A stretch of 64,000 nucleotides of DNA from Eledone cirrhosa. Taxonomy: Eukaryota. Positions within the stretch are counted from its first letter, which is position 1. Each line of letters opens with the position of its first letter. Below are positions 23,701 to 36,607 of the stretch, in pieces. Under the pieces are notes generated by a model that worked only from the letters and a program-made list of their open reading frames with translations, made no database searches and was not told where the DNA came from. Position numbers and translations under genes: made by a program. The stretch covers positions 8,122,001 to 8,186,000 of the forward strand of contig OZ024744.1 in NCBI GenBank assembly GCA_964016885.1, given 5' to 3'.

Positions 23701-26700
23701 TTGGTAGTATTGGTAGAGGGTGTGACACCATACTAGGGTGGTAGATTGGTAGTATATGTAGAGGGTGTGACACCATACTAGGATGGTGGATTGCTAGTAT
23801 AGGTAGAGGGTGTGACGCCAAACTATGGTAGTGGATTGGTAGTATAGGTAGAGGGTGTGACACCATACTAGTGTGGTGGATTGGTAGTATAGGTAGAGGG
23901 TGTGACACCATACTAGGGTGGTAGATAGGTAGTATTTGTAGAGGGTGTGATACCATACTAGGGTGGTGGATTGGTAGTATTGGTATAGGGTGTGACACCA
24001 TGTTAGGGTGGTAGGTTGGTAGTATTAGTAGAGGGTGTGACACCATACTAGGGTGGTGGATTGGTAGTATTGTTAGAGGGTGTGATACCATAATAGGGTG
24101 GTGGATTGGTAGTATTGGTAGAGGGTGTGACACCATACTAGGGTGGTAGATAGGTAGTATTGCTAGAGGGTGTGACACCATATTAGGGTGGTGGATTGGT
24201 AGTATAGGTAGAGGGTGTGACACCATACTAGGGTGGTAGATTGGTAGTATTGGTAGAGGGTGTGACACCATACTTAGGTGGGGGATTGGCAGTATAGGTA
24301 GAGGGTGTGACACCATGTTAGGGTGGTAGATTGGTAGTATAGTTAGAGTGTGTGACAGCACACTAGGGTGGTGGGTTGGTAGAATAGGTAGAGGGTCTGA
24401 CACCATGTTAGAGTGGTGGATTGGTAGTATTGGTAGAGCGTGTGACACCATGTTAGGGTGGTGGATTGGTAGTATAGGTAGAGGGTGTGACACCATACTT
24501 GGGTGGTGGATTGGTAGTGTAGGTAGAGGGTGTGACACCATACTAGGGTGGTGGATTTTTAGTATAGGTAGAGGGTGTGACACCATACTAGTGTGGTGGG
24601 TTGGTAGTATAGGTAGAGGGTGTGATACCATACTAGAGTGGAGGATTGGTAGTATTGGTAGAGGGGGTGACACCATACTAGGGTGGTAGATAGGTAGTAT
24701 TGGTAGAGCGTGTGACACCATACTAGGGTGGTAGATTGGTAGTATTGGTAGAGGGTGTGACACCATAATAGGGTGGTGGATTGGTAGTATAGGTAGAAGT
24801 TATGACACCATACTAGGGTGGTGGATTGGTAGTATTGGTAGAGGGTGTGACACCATGCTTGGGTGGTGCATTGCTAGTATAGGTAGAGGGTGTGACACCA
24901 TACTAGTGTGGTAGATTGGTAGTATTGATAGAGGGTGTGACACCATACTAGGGTGGTGGATTGGTAGTATAGGTAGAAGGTGTGACACCATACTAGGGTG
25001 GTAGATTGGTTGTATAGGTAGAGGGTGTGATACCATACTAGGGTGGTGGAGTGACAGTATAGCTAGAGGGTGTGACACCATACTAGCGTGTTAGATTGGT
25101 AGTATTGGTAGAGGGTGTGACACCATGGTAAGGTGGTGGATTGGTAGTATTGATAGAGGGTGTGACACCATACTAGGGTGGTGTATTGGTAGAGGTTGTG
25201 ACACAATACTAGGGTGGTGGATTGGTAGTATTGGTAGAGTATGTGAAACCATGTTAGTGTGGTGGATTGGTAGTATTGGTAGAGGGTGTGACACCATGTT
25301 AGGGTGGTGGATTGGTAGTATAGGTAGAGGGTGTGACACCATGTTAGGCTGGCTGATTGGTAGTATTGGTAGAGGGTGGGACACCATACTGGTATGGTGG
25401 ATTGGTAGTATAGGTAGAGTGTGTGACACCATACTTGGGTGGTAGATTGGTAGTATAGGTAGAGGGTGTGATACCATACTAGGGTGGTAGATTGGTATTA
25501 TTGGTAGAGGGTGTGACACCATACTAGGTGGTGGATTGGTAGTATAGGTAGAGGGTGTGACACCATACTAGGGTGGTGGATTGGTAGTATTGGTAGAGGG
25601 TGCGACACCATACTAGGTTGGTGGATTGGTAGTATAGGTAGAGGGTGTGACACCATACTAGGGTGGTGGATTGGTAGTATAGGTAGAGGGTGTGACACCA
25701 TACTAGGGTGGTTTATTGGTAGTATTGGTAGAGGGTGTGACACTATACTAGGGTGGTGGATAGGTAGTATAGGTAGAGGGTGTGACACCATACTAGTGTG
25801 GTGTATTGGTAGTATAGGTAGAGGGTGTGACACCATACTAGTGTGGTGGATTGGTAGTATAGGTAGAGGGTGTGACAGCATACTAGGGTGGTGGATTGAC
25901 AGTATTGGTAGAGGGTGTGACACCATACTAGGGGGGTAGATAGGTAGTATTGGTAGAGGGTGTGATACCATACTAGGTTGGTGGATTGGTAGTATTGATA
26001 GAGGGTGTGACACCATACAAGGGTGGTGGATTGGTAGTATAGGTAGAGGGTGTGACACCATACTAGGGTGGTGGATTGGCAGTATAGGTAGAGGGTGTGA
26101 CACCATACTCGGTTGGTGGATTGGTAGTATTGATAGAGGGTGTGACACCATACTAGGGTGGTGGATTGGCAGTATAGGTAGAGGGTGTGATACCATACTC
26201 GGGTGGTGAATTGGTAGTATTAGTAGAGGGTGTGACAGCATACTAGGGTGGTAGATATGCAGTAGAGGGTAGAGGGTGTGACACCATACCAGGGTGGTGG
26301 ATTGGTAGTATAGGTAGAGGGTCTGACAACATGTTAGGGTGGTGGATTGGTAGTATTGGTAGAGGGTGTGACACCATACTAGGGTGGTGCATTGGTAGTA
26401 CAGGTAGAGGGTGTGACACCATACTAGGGTGGTAGATTGGTATTATAGGTAGAGGGTGTGACACCATGTTAGGGTGGTGGATTGGTCGTATTGATAGAGG
26501 GTGTGACACCATGTTAGGGTGGTGGATTAGTAGTATTGGTATAGGGTGTGACACCATACTAGGGTGGTGGATTGGTAGTATTGGTAGAGGGTGTGATACC
26601 ATACTAGTGTGGTGGATTGGTAGTATTAGTAGAGAGTTTGACACCATACTATGGTGGTAGATTGGAAGTATTGGTAGAGTGTGTGACACCATACTAGGTT

Positions 26701-27479
26701 GGTTGATTGGTAGTATAGGTAAGGGTGTGACACCATACTAGGGTGGTGGATTGCTAGTATACGTAGTGGGTGTGACACCAAACTATGGTAGTGGATTGGT
26801 AGTATAGGTAGAGGGTGTGACACCATACTAGTGTGGTGGATTGGTAGTATAGGTAGAGGGTGTGACATCATACTAGGCTGGTGGATTGACAGTAATGGTA
26901 GAGGGTGTGACACCATACTAGGGTGGTAGCTAGGTAGTATTTGTAGAGGGTGTGATACCTTACTAGGGTGGTGGATTGGCAGTATAGGTAGAGGGTGTGA
27001 CACCATGTTAGGGTGGTGGATTGGTAGTATTGGTAGAGGGTGTGACACCATACTAGGGTGGTAGATTGGTAGTATATGTAGAGGGTGTGACACCATGGTA
27101 GGTTGGTAGATTGGTAGTATTAGTAGAGGGTGTGACACCATACTAGGGTTGTGGATTGGTAGTATTGTTAGAGGGTGTGACACCATAATAGGGTGGTGGA
27201 TTGGTAGTATTGGTAGAGGGGGTGACACCATACTAGGGTGGTAGATAGGTAGTATTGGTAGAGGGTGTGACACCATACTAGGGTGGTAGATTGGTAGTAT
27301 AGGTAGAGGGTGTGACACCATACTAGGGTGGTGGATTGGTAGTATTGGTAGAGGGTGAGACACCATGTTAGGGTGGTGGATTGGTAGTATCTGTAGAGGG
27401 TGTGACACCATACTTGGGTGGGGGATTGGCAGTATACTTAGAGGGTGTGACACCATGTTAGGGTGGTGGATTGGTAGTA
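20109..27479. repeat. Tandem duplication with 3770-bp period (about 20109-23709 matches 23879-27479)
   Basis: ORF pairs 20578/24348, 21030/24800, 21321/25091, 21728/25498, 22473/26243 and 22856/26626 are all offset by 3770 with near-identical translations. The match ends at 23710 (T) versus 27480 (A). Confidence 0.88.
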
Positions 27480-30400
27480 ATGGTAGAGCGTGTGACACCA
27501 TGTTAGGTTGGTGGATTGGTAGTATTGGTAGAGGGTGTGACACCATACTATCGTGGTAGATTGGTAGTATATGTAGAGGGTATGACTCCATGTTAGGGTG
27601 GTAGATTGGTAGCATAGGTAGAGGTTGTGACACCATGTTAGGGTGGTAGATTGGTAGTATAGGTAGAGGGTGTGACACCATACTAGGGTGGTGGATTGGT
27701 AGTATAGGTAGAGGGTGTGACACCATACTAGGGAGGTGGATTGGTAGTATAGGTAGAGGGTGTGACACGATACAAGGGTGGTAGCTTGGTAGTATTGGTA
27801 GAGGGTGTGACAGCATACTAGGGTGGTGGATTGGTAGTATAGGTAGAGGGTCTGACACCATGTTAGGGTGGTGGATTGGTAGTATTGTTAGAGGGTGTGA
27901 CACCATGTTAGGGTGGTGGATTGGTAGTATTGGTAGAGGGTGTGACACCATACTAGGGTGGTAGATTGTTAGTATTGGTAGAGGGTGTTACACCATACTA
28001 GTGTGGTGGATTGGTAGTATTGGTAGAGGTTGTGACACCATACTAGTATGGTGGATTGGCAGTATAGGTAGAGGGTGTGACACCATACTAGGGTGATGGA
28101 TTGGTAGTATTGGTAGAGGGTCTGACACCATACTAGTGTGGTGGATTGGTAGTATATGTAGAGGGTGTGACACCATACTAGCGTTTTGGATTGACAGTAT
28201 AGGTAGAGGGTGTGACACCATACTAGGGTGGTAGATTGGTAGTATAGGTAGAGGGTGTGAAACCATGTTAGGGTGGTGGATTGGTAGTATAGGTATACGG
28301 TGTGACACCATACTAGGGTGGTAGATAGGTAGTATTGGTAGAGGGTGTGATACCATACTAGGGTGGTGGATTGGTAGTATTGGTAGAGAGTGTGATACCA
28401 TAATAGGGTGGTGGATTGACAGTATAGGTAGAGGGTGTGACACCATACTAGGGCGGTGGGTTGGCAGTATAGGTAGAGGGTGTGACACCATACTAGTATG
28501 GTGGATTGGTAGTATAGGTAGAGGGTGTAATCCCATTCTAGGTTGGTGGATTGGTAGTATAGGTAGAGGGTGTGACACCATACCAGGTGGTGGATTGGTA
28601 GTGTAGGTAGAGGGTGTGACACCATACTAGGGTGGTGGATTGGTAGTATTGGTATAGGGTGTGACACACATACTATGGTGGTAGATAGGTAGTATTGGTA
28701 GAGGGTGTGATACCTTACTAGGGTGGTGGATTGGTAGTATTGGTAGAGGGTGTGATACCATAATAGGATGGTAGATTGACAGTATATGTAGAGGGTGTGA
28801 CACCATACTAGGGTGGTGGATTGGTAATATTGGTAGAGGGTGTGACACCATGTTAGGTTGGTGGATTGGTAGTATTGGTAGAGGGTGTGACACCATACTA
28901 GGGTGGTGTATTGATAGTATATGTAGAGGGTGTGACACCATAATAGGGTGGTAGATTGGTAGTATTGGTGGAGGGTGTGACACCATACTTGGGTGGGGGA
29001 TATGCAGCATAGGTAGAGGGTGTGACACCATGTTAGGGTGGTAGATTGGTAGTATAGTTAGAGTGTGTGACAGCACACTAGGGTGGTGTATTGGTAGTAT
29101 AGGTAGAGGGTCTGACACCATGTTAGGGTGGTGGATTGGTAGTATTGGTAGAGCGTGTGACACCATGTTAGGGTGGTGGATTAGTAGTATAGGTAGAGGG
29201 TGTGACACCATACTTGGGTGGTGGATTGGTAGTGTAGGTAGAGGGTGTGACACCATACTAGGGTGGTGGATTTTTAGTATATGTAGAAGGTGTGACACCA
29301 TACTAGTGTGGTGGATTGGTAGTATAGGTAGAGGGTGTGATACCATACTAGAGTGGAGGATTGGTAGTATTGGTAGAGGGGGTGACACCATACTAGGGAG
29401 GTAGATAGGTAGTATTGGTAGAGGGTGTGACACCATAATAGGGTGGTAGATTGGTAGTATTGGTAGAGGGTGTGACACCATACTAGGGTGGTGGATTGGT
29501 AGTATAGGTAGAGGGTGTGACACCATACTAGGGTGGTAGATTGGTAGTATTGATAGAGGGTGTGACACCATACTAGGGTGGTGGATTGATAGTATAGGTA
29601 GAAGGTGTGAAACCATACTAGGGTGGTAGATTGGTAGTATAGCTAGAGGGTGTGATACCATACTAGGGTGGTGGAGTGACAGTATAGGTAGAGGGTGTGA
29701 CACCATACTAGCGTGTTAGATTGGTAGTATTGGTAGAGGGTGTTACACCATACTAGGGTGGTGTATTTGTAGAGGGTGTGACACAATACTAGGGTGGTGG
29801 AATGGTAGTATTGGTAGAGGGTGTGACACCATGGTAGGATGGTGGATTGGTAGTATTGGTAGAGGGTGTGACACCATGTTAGGGTGGTGGATTGGTAGTA
29901 TAGGTAGAGGGTGTGACACCATTCTAGTATGGTGGATTGGTAGTATAGGTAGAGGGTGTGACACCATACCAGGTGATGGATTGGTAGTGTAGGTAGAGGG
30001 TGTGACACCATACTAGGGTGGTGGATTGGTAGTATTGGTAGCGGTTGTGACACCCTACTAGGGTGGTAGATAGGTAGTATTTGTAGAGGGTGTGATACCA
30101 TACTAGGGTGGTGGATTGGTAGAATTGGTATAGGGTGTGACACCATACTAGGGTGGTAGATAGGTAGTATTGGTAGAGGGTGTGATACCTTACTAGGGTG
30201 GTGGATTGGTAGTATTGGTAGAGGGTGTGATACCATAATTGGGTGGTGGATTGACAGTATATGTAGAGGGTGTGATACCATACTAGTATGGTGGATTGGC
30301 AGTATAGGTAGAGGGTGTGACACCATACTAGGGTGATGGATTGGTAGTATTGGTAGAGGGTGTGACACCATACTAGTGTGGTGGATTGGTAGTATTGGTA

Positions 30401-33400
30401 GAGAGTTTGACACCATAGTAGGGTAGTAGATTGGTAGTATTGGTAGAGTGTGTGACACCATACTAGGGTGGTGAATTGGTAGTATTGGTAGAGGGTGTGA
30501 CACCATACTAGGTTGGTGGATTGGTAGTATAGGTAGAGGGTGTGACACCATACTAGGATGGTGGATTGCTAGTATAGGTAGAGGGTATGACGCCAAACTA
30601 TGGTAGTGGATTGGTAGTATAGGTAGAGGGTGTGACACCATACTAGTGTGGTGGATTGGTAGTATAGGTAGAGGGTGTGACACCATACTAGGGTGGTAGA
30701 TAGGTAGTATTTGTAGAGGGTGTGATACCATACTAGGGTGGTGGATTGGTAGTATTGGTATAGGGTGTGACACCATGTTAGGGTGGTAGGTTGGTAGTAT
30801 TAGTAGAGGGTGTGACACCATACTAGGGTGGTGGATTGGTAGTATTGTTAGAGGGTGTGATACCATAATAGGGTGGTGGATTGGTAGTATTGGTAGAGGG
30901 TGTGACACCATACTAGGGTGGTAGATAGGTAGTATTGCTAGAGGGTGTGACACCATATTAGGGTGGTGGATTGGTAGTATAGGTAGAGGGTGTGACACCA
31001 TACTAGGGTGGTAGATTGGTAGTATTGGTAGAGGGTGTGACACCATACTTGGGTGGGGGATTGGCAGTATAGGTAGAGGGTGTGACACCATGTTAGGGTG
31101 GTAGATTGGTAGTATAGTTAGAGTGTGTGACAGCACACTAGGGTGGTGGGTTGGTAGAATAGGTAGAGGGTCTGACACCATGTTAGGGTGGTGGATTGGT
31201 AGTATTGGTAGAGCGTGTGACACCATGTTAGGGTGGTGGATTGGTAGTATAGGTAGAGGGTGTGACACCATACTTGGGTGGTGGATTGGTAGTGTAGGTA
31301 GAGGGTGTGACACCATACTAGGGTGGTGGATTTTTAGTATAGGTAGAGGGTGTGACACCATACTAGTGTGGTGGGTTGGTAGTATAGGTAGAGGGTGTGA
31401 TACCATACTAGAGTGGAGGATTGGTAGTATTGGTAGAGGGGGTGACACCATACTAGGGTGGTAGATAGGTAGTATTGGTAGAGCGTGTGACACCATACTA
31501 GGGTGGTAGATTGGTAGTATTGGTAGAGGGTGTGACACCATACTAGGGTGGTGGATTGGTAGTATAGGTAGAAGTTATGACACCATACTAGGCTGGTGGA
31601 TTGGTAGTATTGGTAGAGGGTGTGACACCATGCTTGGGTGGTGCATTGCTAGTATAGGTAGAGGGTGTGACACCATACTAGGGTGGTAGATTGGTAGTAT
31701 TGATAGAGGGTGTGACACCATACTAGGGTGGTGGATTGGTAGTATAGGTAGAAGGTGTGACACCATACTAGGGTGGTAGATTGGTTGTATAGGTAGAGGG
31801 TGTGATACCATACTAGGGTGGTCGAGTGACAGTATAGCTAGAGGGTGTGACACCATACTAGCGTGTTAGATTGGTAGTATTGGTAGAGGGTGTGACACCA
31901 TGGTAAGGTGGTGGATTGGTAGTATTGATAGAGGGTGTGACACCATACTAGGGTGGTGTATTGGTAGAGGTTGTGACACAATACTAGGGTGGTGGATTGG
32001 TAGTATTGGTAGAGTATGTGAAACCATGTTAGTGTGGTGGATTGGTAGTATTGGTAGAGGGTGTGACACCATGTTAGGGTGGTGGATTGGTAGTATAGGT
32101 AGAGGGTGTGACACCATGTTAGGCTGGCTGATTGGTAGTATTGGTAGAGGGTGGGACACCATACTAGTATGGTGGATTGGTAGTATAGGTAGAGTGTGTG
32201 ACACCATACTTGGGTGGTAGATTGGTAGTATAGGTAGAGGGTGTGATACCATACTAGGGTGGTAGATTGGTATTATTGGTAGAGGGTGTGACACCATACT
32301 AGGTGGTGGATTGGTAGTATAGGTAGAGGGTGTGACACCATACTAGGGTGGTGGATTGGTAGTATTGGTAGAGGGTGCGACACCATACTAGGTTGGTGGA
32401 TTGGTAGTATAGGTAGAGGGTGTGACACCATACTAGGGTGGTGGATTGGTAGTATAGGTAGAGGGTGTGACACCATACTAGGGTGGTTTATTGGTAGTAT
32501 TGGTAGAGGGTGTGACACTATACTAGGGTGGTGGATAGGTAGTATAGGTAGAGGGTGTGACACCATACTAGTGTGGTGTATTGGTAGTATAGGTAGAGGG
32601 TGTGACACCATACTAGTGTGGTGGATTGGTAGTATAGGTAGAGAGTGTGACAGCATACTAGGGTGGTGGATTGACAGTATTGGTAGAGGGTGTGACACCA
32701 TGCTAGGGTGGTAGATAGGTAGTATTGGTAGAGGGTGTGATACCATACTAGGTTGGTGGATTGGTAGTATTGATAGAGGGTGTGACACCATACAAGGGTG
32801 GTGGATTGGTAGTATAGGTAGAGGGTGTGACACCATACTAGGGTGGTGGATTGGCAGTATAGGTAGAGGGTGTGACACCATACTCGGTTGGTGGATTGGT
32901 AGTATTGATAGAGGGTGTGAGACCATACTAGGGTGGTGGATTGGCAGTATAGGTAGAGGGTGTGATACCATACTCGGGTGGTGAATTGGTAGTATTAGTA
33001 GAGGGTGTGACAGCATACTAGGGTGGTAGATATGCAGTAGAGGGTAGAGGGTGTGACACCATACCAGGGTGGTGGATTGGTAGTATAGGTAGAGGGTCTG
33101 ACAACATGTTAGGGTGGTGGATTGGTAGTATTGGTAGAGGGTGTGACACCATACTAGGGTGGTGCATTGGTAGTACAGGTAGAGGGTGTGACACCATACT
33201 AGGGTGGTAGATTGGTATTATAGGTAGAGGGTGTGACACCATGTTAGGGTGGTGGATTGGTCGTATTGATAGAGGGTGTGACACCATGTTAGGGTGGTGG
33301 ATTGGTAGTATTCGTATAGGGTGTGACACCATACTAGGGTGGTGGATTGGTAGTATTGGTAGAGGGTGTGATACCATACTAGTGTGGTGGATTGGTAGTA

Positions 33401-36400
33401 TTAGTAGAGAGTTTGACACCATACTAGGGTGGTAGATTGGAAGTATTGGTAGAGTGTGTGACACCATACTAGGTTGGTTGATTGGTAGTATAGGTAAGGG
33501 TGTGACACCATACTAGGGTGGTGGATTGCTAGTATACGTAGTGGGTGTGACACCAAACTATGGTAGTGGATTGGTAGTATAGGTAGAGGGTGTGACACCA
33601 TATTAGTGTGGTGGATTGGTAGTATAGGTAGAGGGTGTGACATCATACTAGGCTGGTGGATTGACAGTAATGGTAGAGGGTGTGACACCATACTAGGGTG
33701 GTAGCTAGGTAGTATTTGTAGAGGGTGTGATACCTTACTAGGGTGGTGGATTGGCAGTATAGGTAGAGGGTGTGACACCATGTTAGGGTGGTAGATTGGT
33801 AGTATATGTAGAGGGAGTGACACCATGGTAGGTTGGTAGATTGGTAGTATTAGTAGAGGGTGTGACACCATACTAGGGTTGTGGATTGGTAGTATTGTTA
33901 GAGGGTGTGACACCATAATAGGGTGGTGGATTGGTAGTATTGGTAGAGGGGGTGACACCATACTAGGGTGGTAGATAGGTAGTATTGGTAGAGGGTGTGA
34001 CACCATACTAGGGTGGTAGATTGGTAGTATAGGTAGAGGGTGTGACACCATACTAGGGTGGTGGATTGGTAGTATTGGTAGAGGGTGTGACACCATACTT
34101 GGGTGGGGGATTGGCAGTATACTTAGAGGGTGTGACACCATGTTAGGGTGGTGGATTGGTAGTAATGGTAGAGCGTGTGACACCATGTTAGGTTGGTGGA
34201 TTGGTAGTATTGGTAGAGGGTGTGACACCATACTATCGTGGTAGATTGGTAGTATAGGTAGAGGGTATGACTCCATGTTAGGGTGGTAGATTGGTAGCAT
34301 AGGTAGAGGTTGTGACACCATGTTAGGGTGGTAGATTGGTAGTATAGGTAGAGGGTGTGACACCATACTAGGGTGGTGGATTGGTAGTATAGGTAGAGGG
34401 TGTGACACCATACTAGGGAGGTGGATTGGTAGTATAGGTAGAGGGTGTGACACGATACAAGGGTGGTACCTTGGTAGTATTGGTAGAGGGTGTGACAGCA
34501 TACTAGGGTGGTGGATTGGTAGTATAGGTAGAGGGTCTGACACCATGTTAGGGTGGTGGATTGGTAGTATTGTTAGAGAGTGTGACACCATGTTAGGGTG
34601 GTGGATTGGTAGTATTGGTAGAGGGTGTGACACCATACTAGGGTGGTAGATTGTTAGTATTGGTAGAGGGTGTTACACCATACTAGGGTGGTGGATTGGT
34701 AGTATTGGTAGAGGTTGTGACACCATACTAGTATGGTGGATTGGCAGTATAGGTAGAGGGTGTGACACCATACTAGGGTGATGGATTGGTAGTATTGGTA
34801 GAGGGTCTGACACCATACTAGTGTGGTGGATTGGTAGTATATGTAGAGGGTGTGACACCATACTAGCGTTTTGGATTGACAGTATAGGTAGAGGGTGTGA
34901 CACCATACTAGGGTGGTAGATTGGTAGTATAGGTAGAGGGTGTGAAACCATGTTAGGGTGGTGGATTGGTAGTATAGGTATACGGTGTGACACCATACTA
35001 GGGTGGTAGATAGGTAGTATTGGTAGAGGGTGTGATACCATACTAGGGTGGTGGATTGGTAGTATTGGTAGAGCGTGTGATACCATAATAGGGTGGTGGA
35101 TTGACAGTATAGGTAGAGGGTGTGACACCATACTAGGGCGGTGGGTTGGCAGTATAGGTAGAGGGTGTGACACCATACTAGTATGGTGGATTGGTAGTAT
35201 AGGTAGAGGGTGTAATCCCATTCTAGGTTGGTGGATTGGTAGTATAGGTAGAGGGTGTGACACCATACCAGGTGGTGGATTGGTAGTGTAGGTAGAGGGT
35301 GTGACACCATACTAGGGTGGTGGATTGGCAGTATTGGTATAGGGTGTGACACACATACTATGGTGGTAGATAGGTAGTATTGGTAGAGGGTGTGATACCT
35401 TACTAGGGTGGTGGATTGGTAGTATTGGTAGAGGGTGTGATACCATAATAGGATGGTAGATTGACAGTATATGTAGAGGGTGTGACACCATACTAGGGTG
35501 GTGGATTGGTAATATTGGTAGAGGGTGTGACACCATGTTAGGTTGGTGGATTGGTAGTATTGGTAGAGGGTGTGACACCATACTAGGGTGGTGTATTGGT
35601 AGTATAGGTAGAGGGTGTGACACCATAATAGGGTGGTAGATTGGTAGTATTGGTGGAGGGTGTGACACCATACTTGGGTGGGGGATATGCAGCATAGGTA
35701 GAGGGTGTGACACCATGTTAGGGTGGTAGATTGGTAGTATAGTTAGAGTGTGTGACAGCACACTAGGGTGGTGTATTGGTAGTATAGGTAGAGGGTCTGA
35801 CACCATGTTAGGGTGGTGGATTGGTAGTATTGGTAGAGCGTGTGACACCATGTTAGGGTGGTGGATTAGTAGTATAGGTAGAGGGTGTGACACCATACTT
35901 GGGTGGTGGATTGGTAGTGTAGGTAGAGGGTGTGACACCATACTAGGGTGGTGGATTTTTAGTATATGTAGAAGGTGTGACACCATACTAGTGTGGTGGA
36001 TTGGTAGTATAGGTAGAGGGTGTGATACCATACTAGAGTGGAGGATTGGTAGTATTGGTAGAGGGGGTGACACCATACTAGGGAGGTAGATAGGTAGTAT
36101 TGGTAGAGGGTGTGACACCATAATAGGGTGGTAGATTGGTAGTATTGGTAGAGGGTGTGACACCATACTAGGGTGGTGGATTGGTAGTATAGGTAGAGGG
36201 TGTGACACCATACTAGGGTGGTAGATTGGTAGTATTGATAGAGGGTGTGACACCATACTAGGGTGGTGGATTGATAGTATAGGTAGAATGTGTGAAACCA
36301 TACTAGGGTGGTAGATTGGTAGTATAGCTAGAGGGTGTGATACCATACTAGGGTGGTGGAGTGACAGTATAGGTAGAGGGTGTGACACCATACTAGCGTG

Positions 36401-36607
36401 TTAGATTGGTAGTATTGGTAGAGGGTGTTACACCATACTAGGGTGGTGTATTTGTAGAGGGTGTGACACAATACTAGGGTGGTGGAATGGTAGTATTGGT
36501 AGAGGGTGTGACACCATGGTAGGATGGTGGATTGGTAGTATTGGTAGAGGGTGTGACACCATGTTAGGGTGGTGGATTGGTAGTATAGGTAGAGGGTGTG
36601 ACACCAT
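23775..36607. repeat. Higher-order repeat with 6775/6685-bp period (master unit minus about 4.33 kb; junction 29897-29922)
   Basis: ORF pairs 24348/31123, 24800/31575, 25498/32273 and 26626/33401 are offset by 6775. Pairs 27969/34654, 28627/35312 and 29063/35748 are offset by 6685 after two single-monomer losses. At about 29910 the sequence jumps from the position equivalent to 36607 to that equivalent to 40938. Confidence 0.82.
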
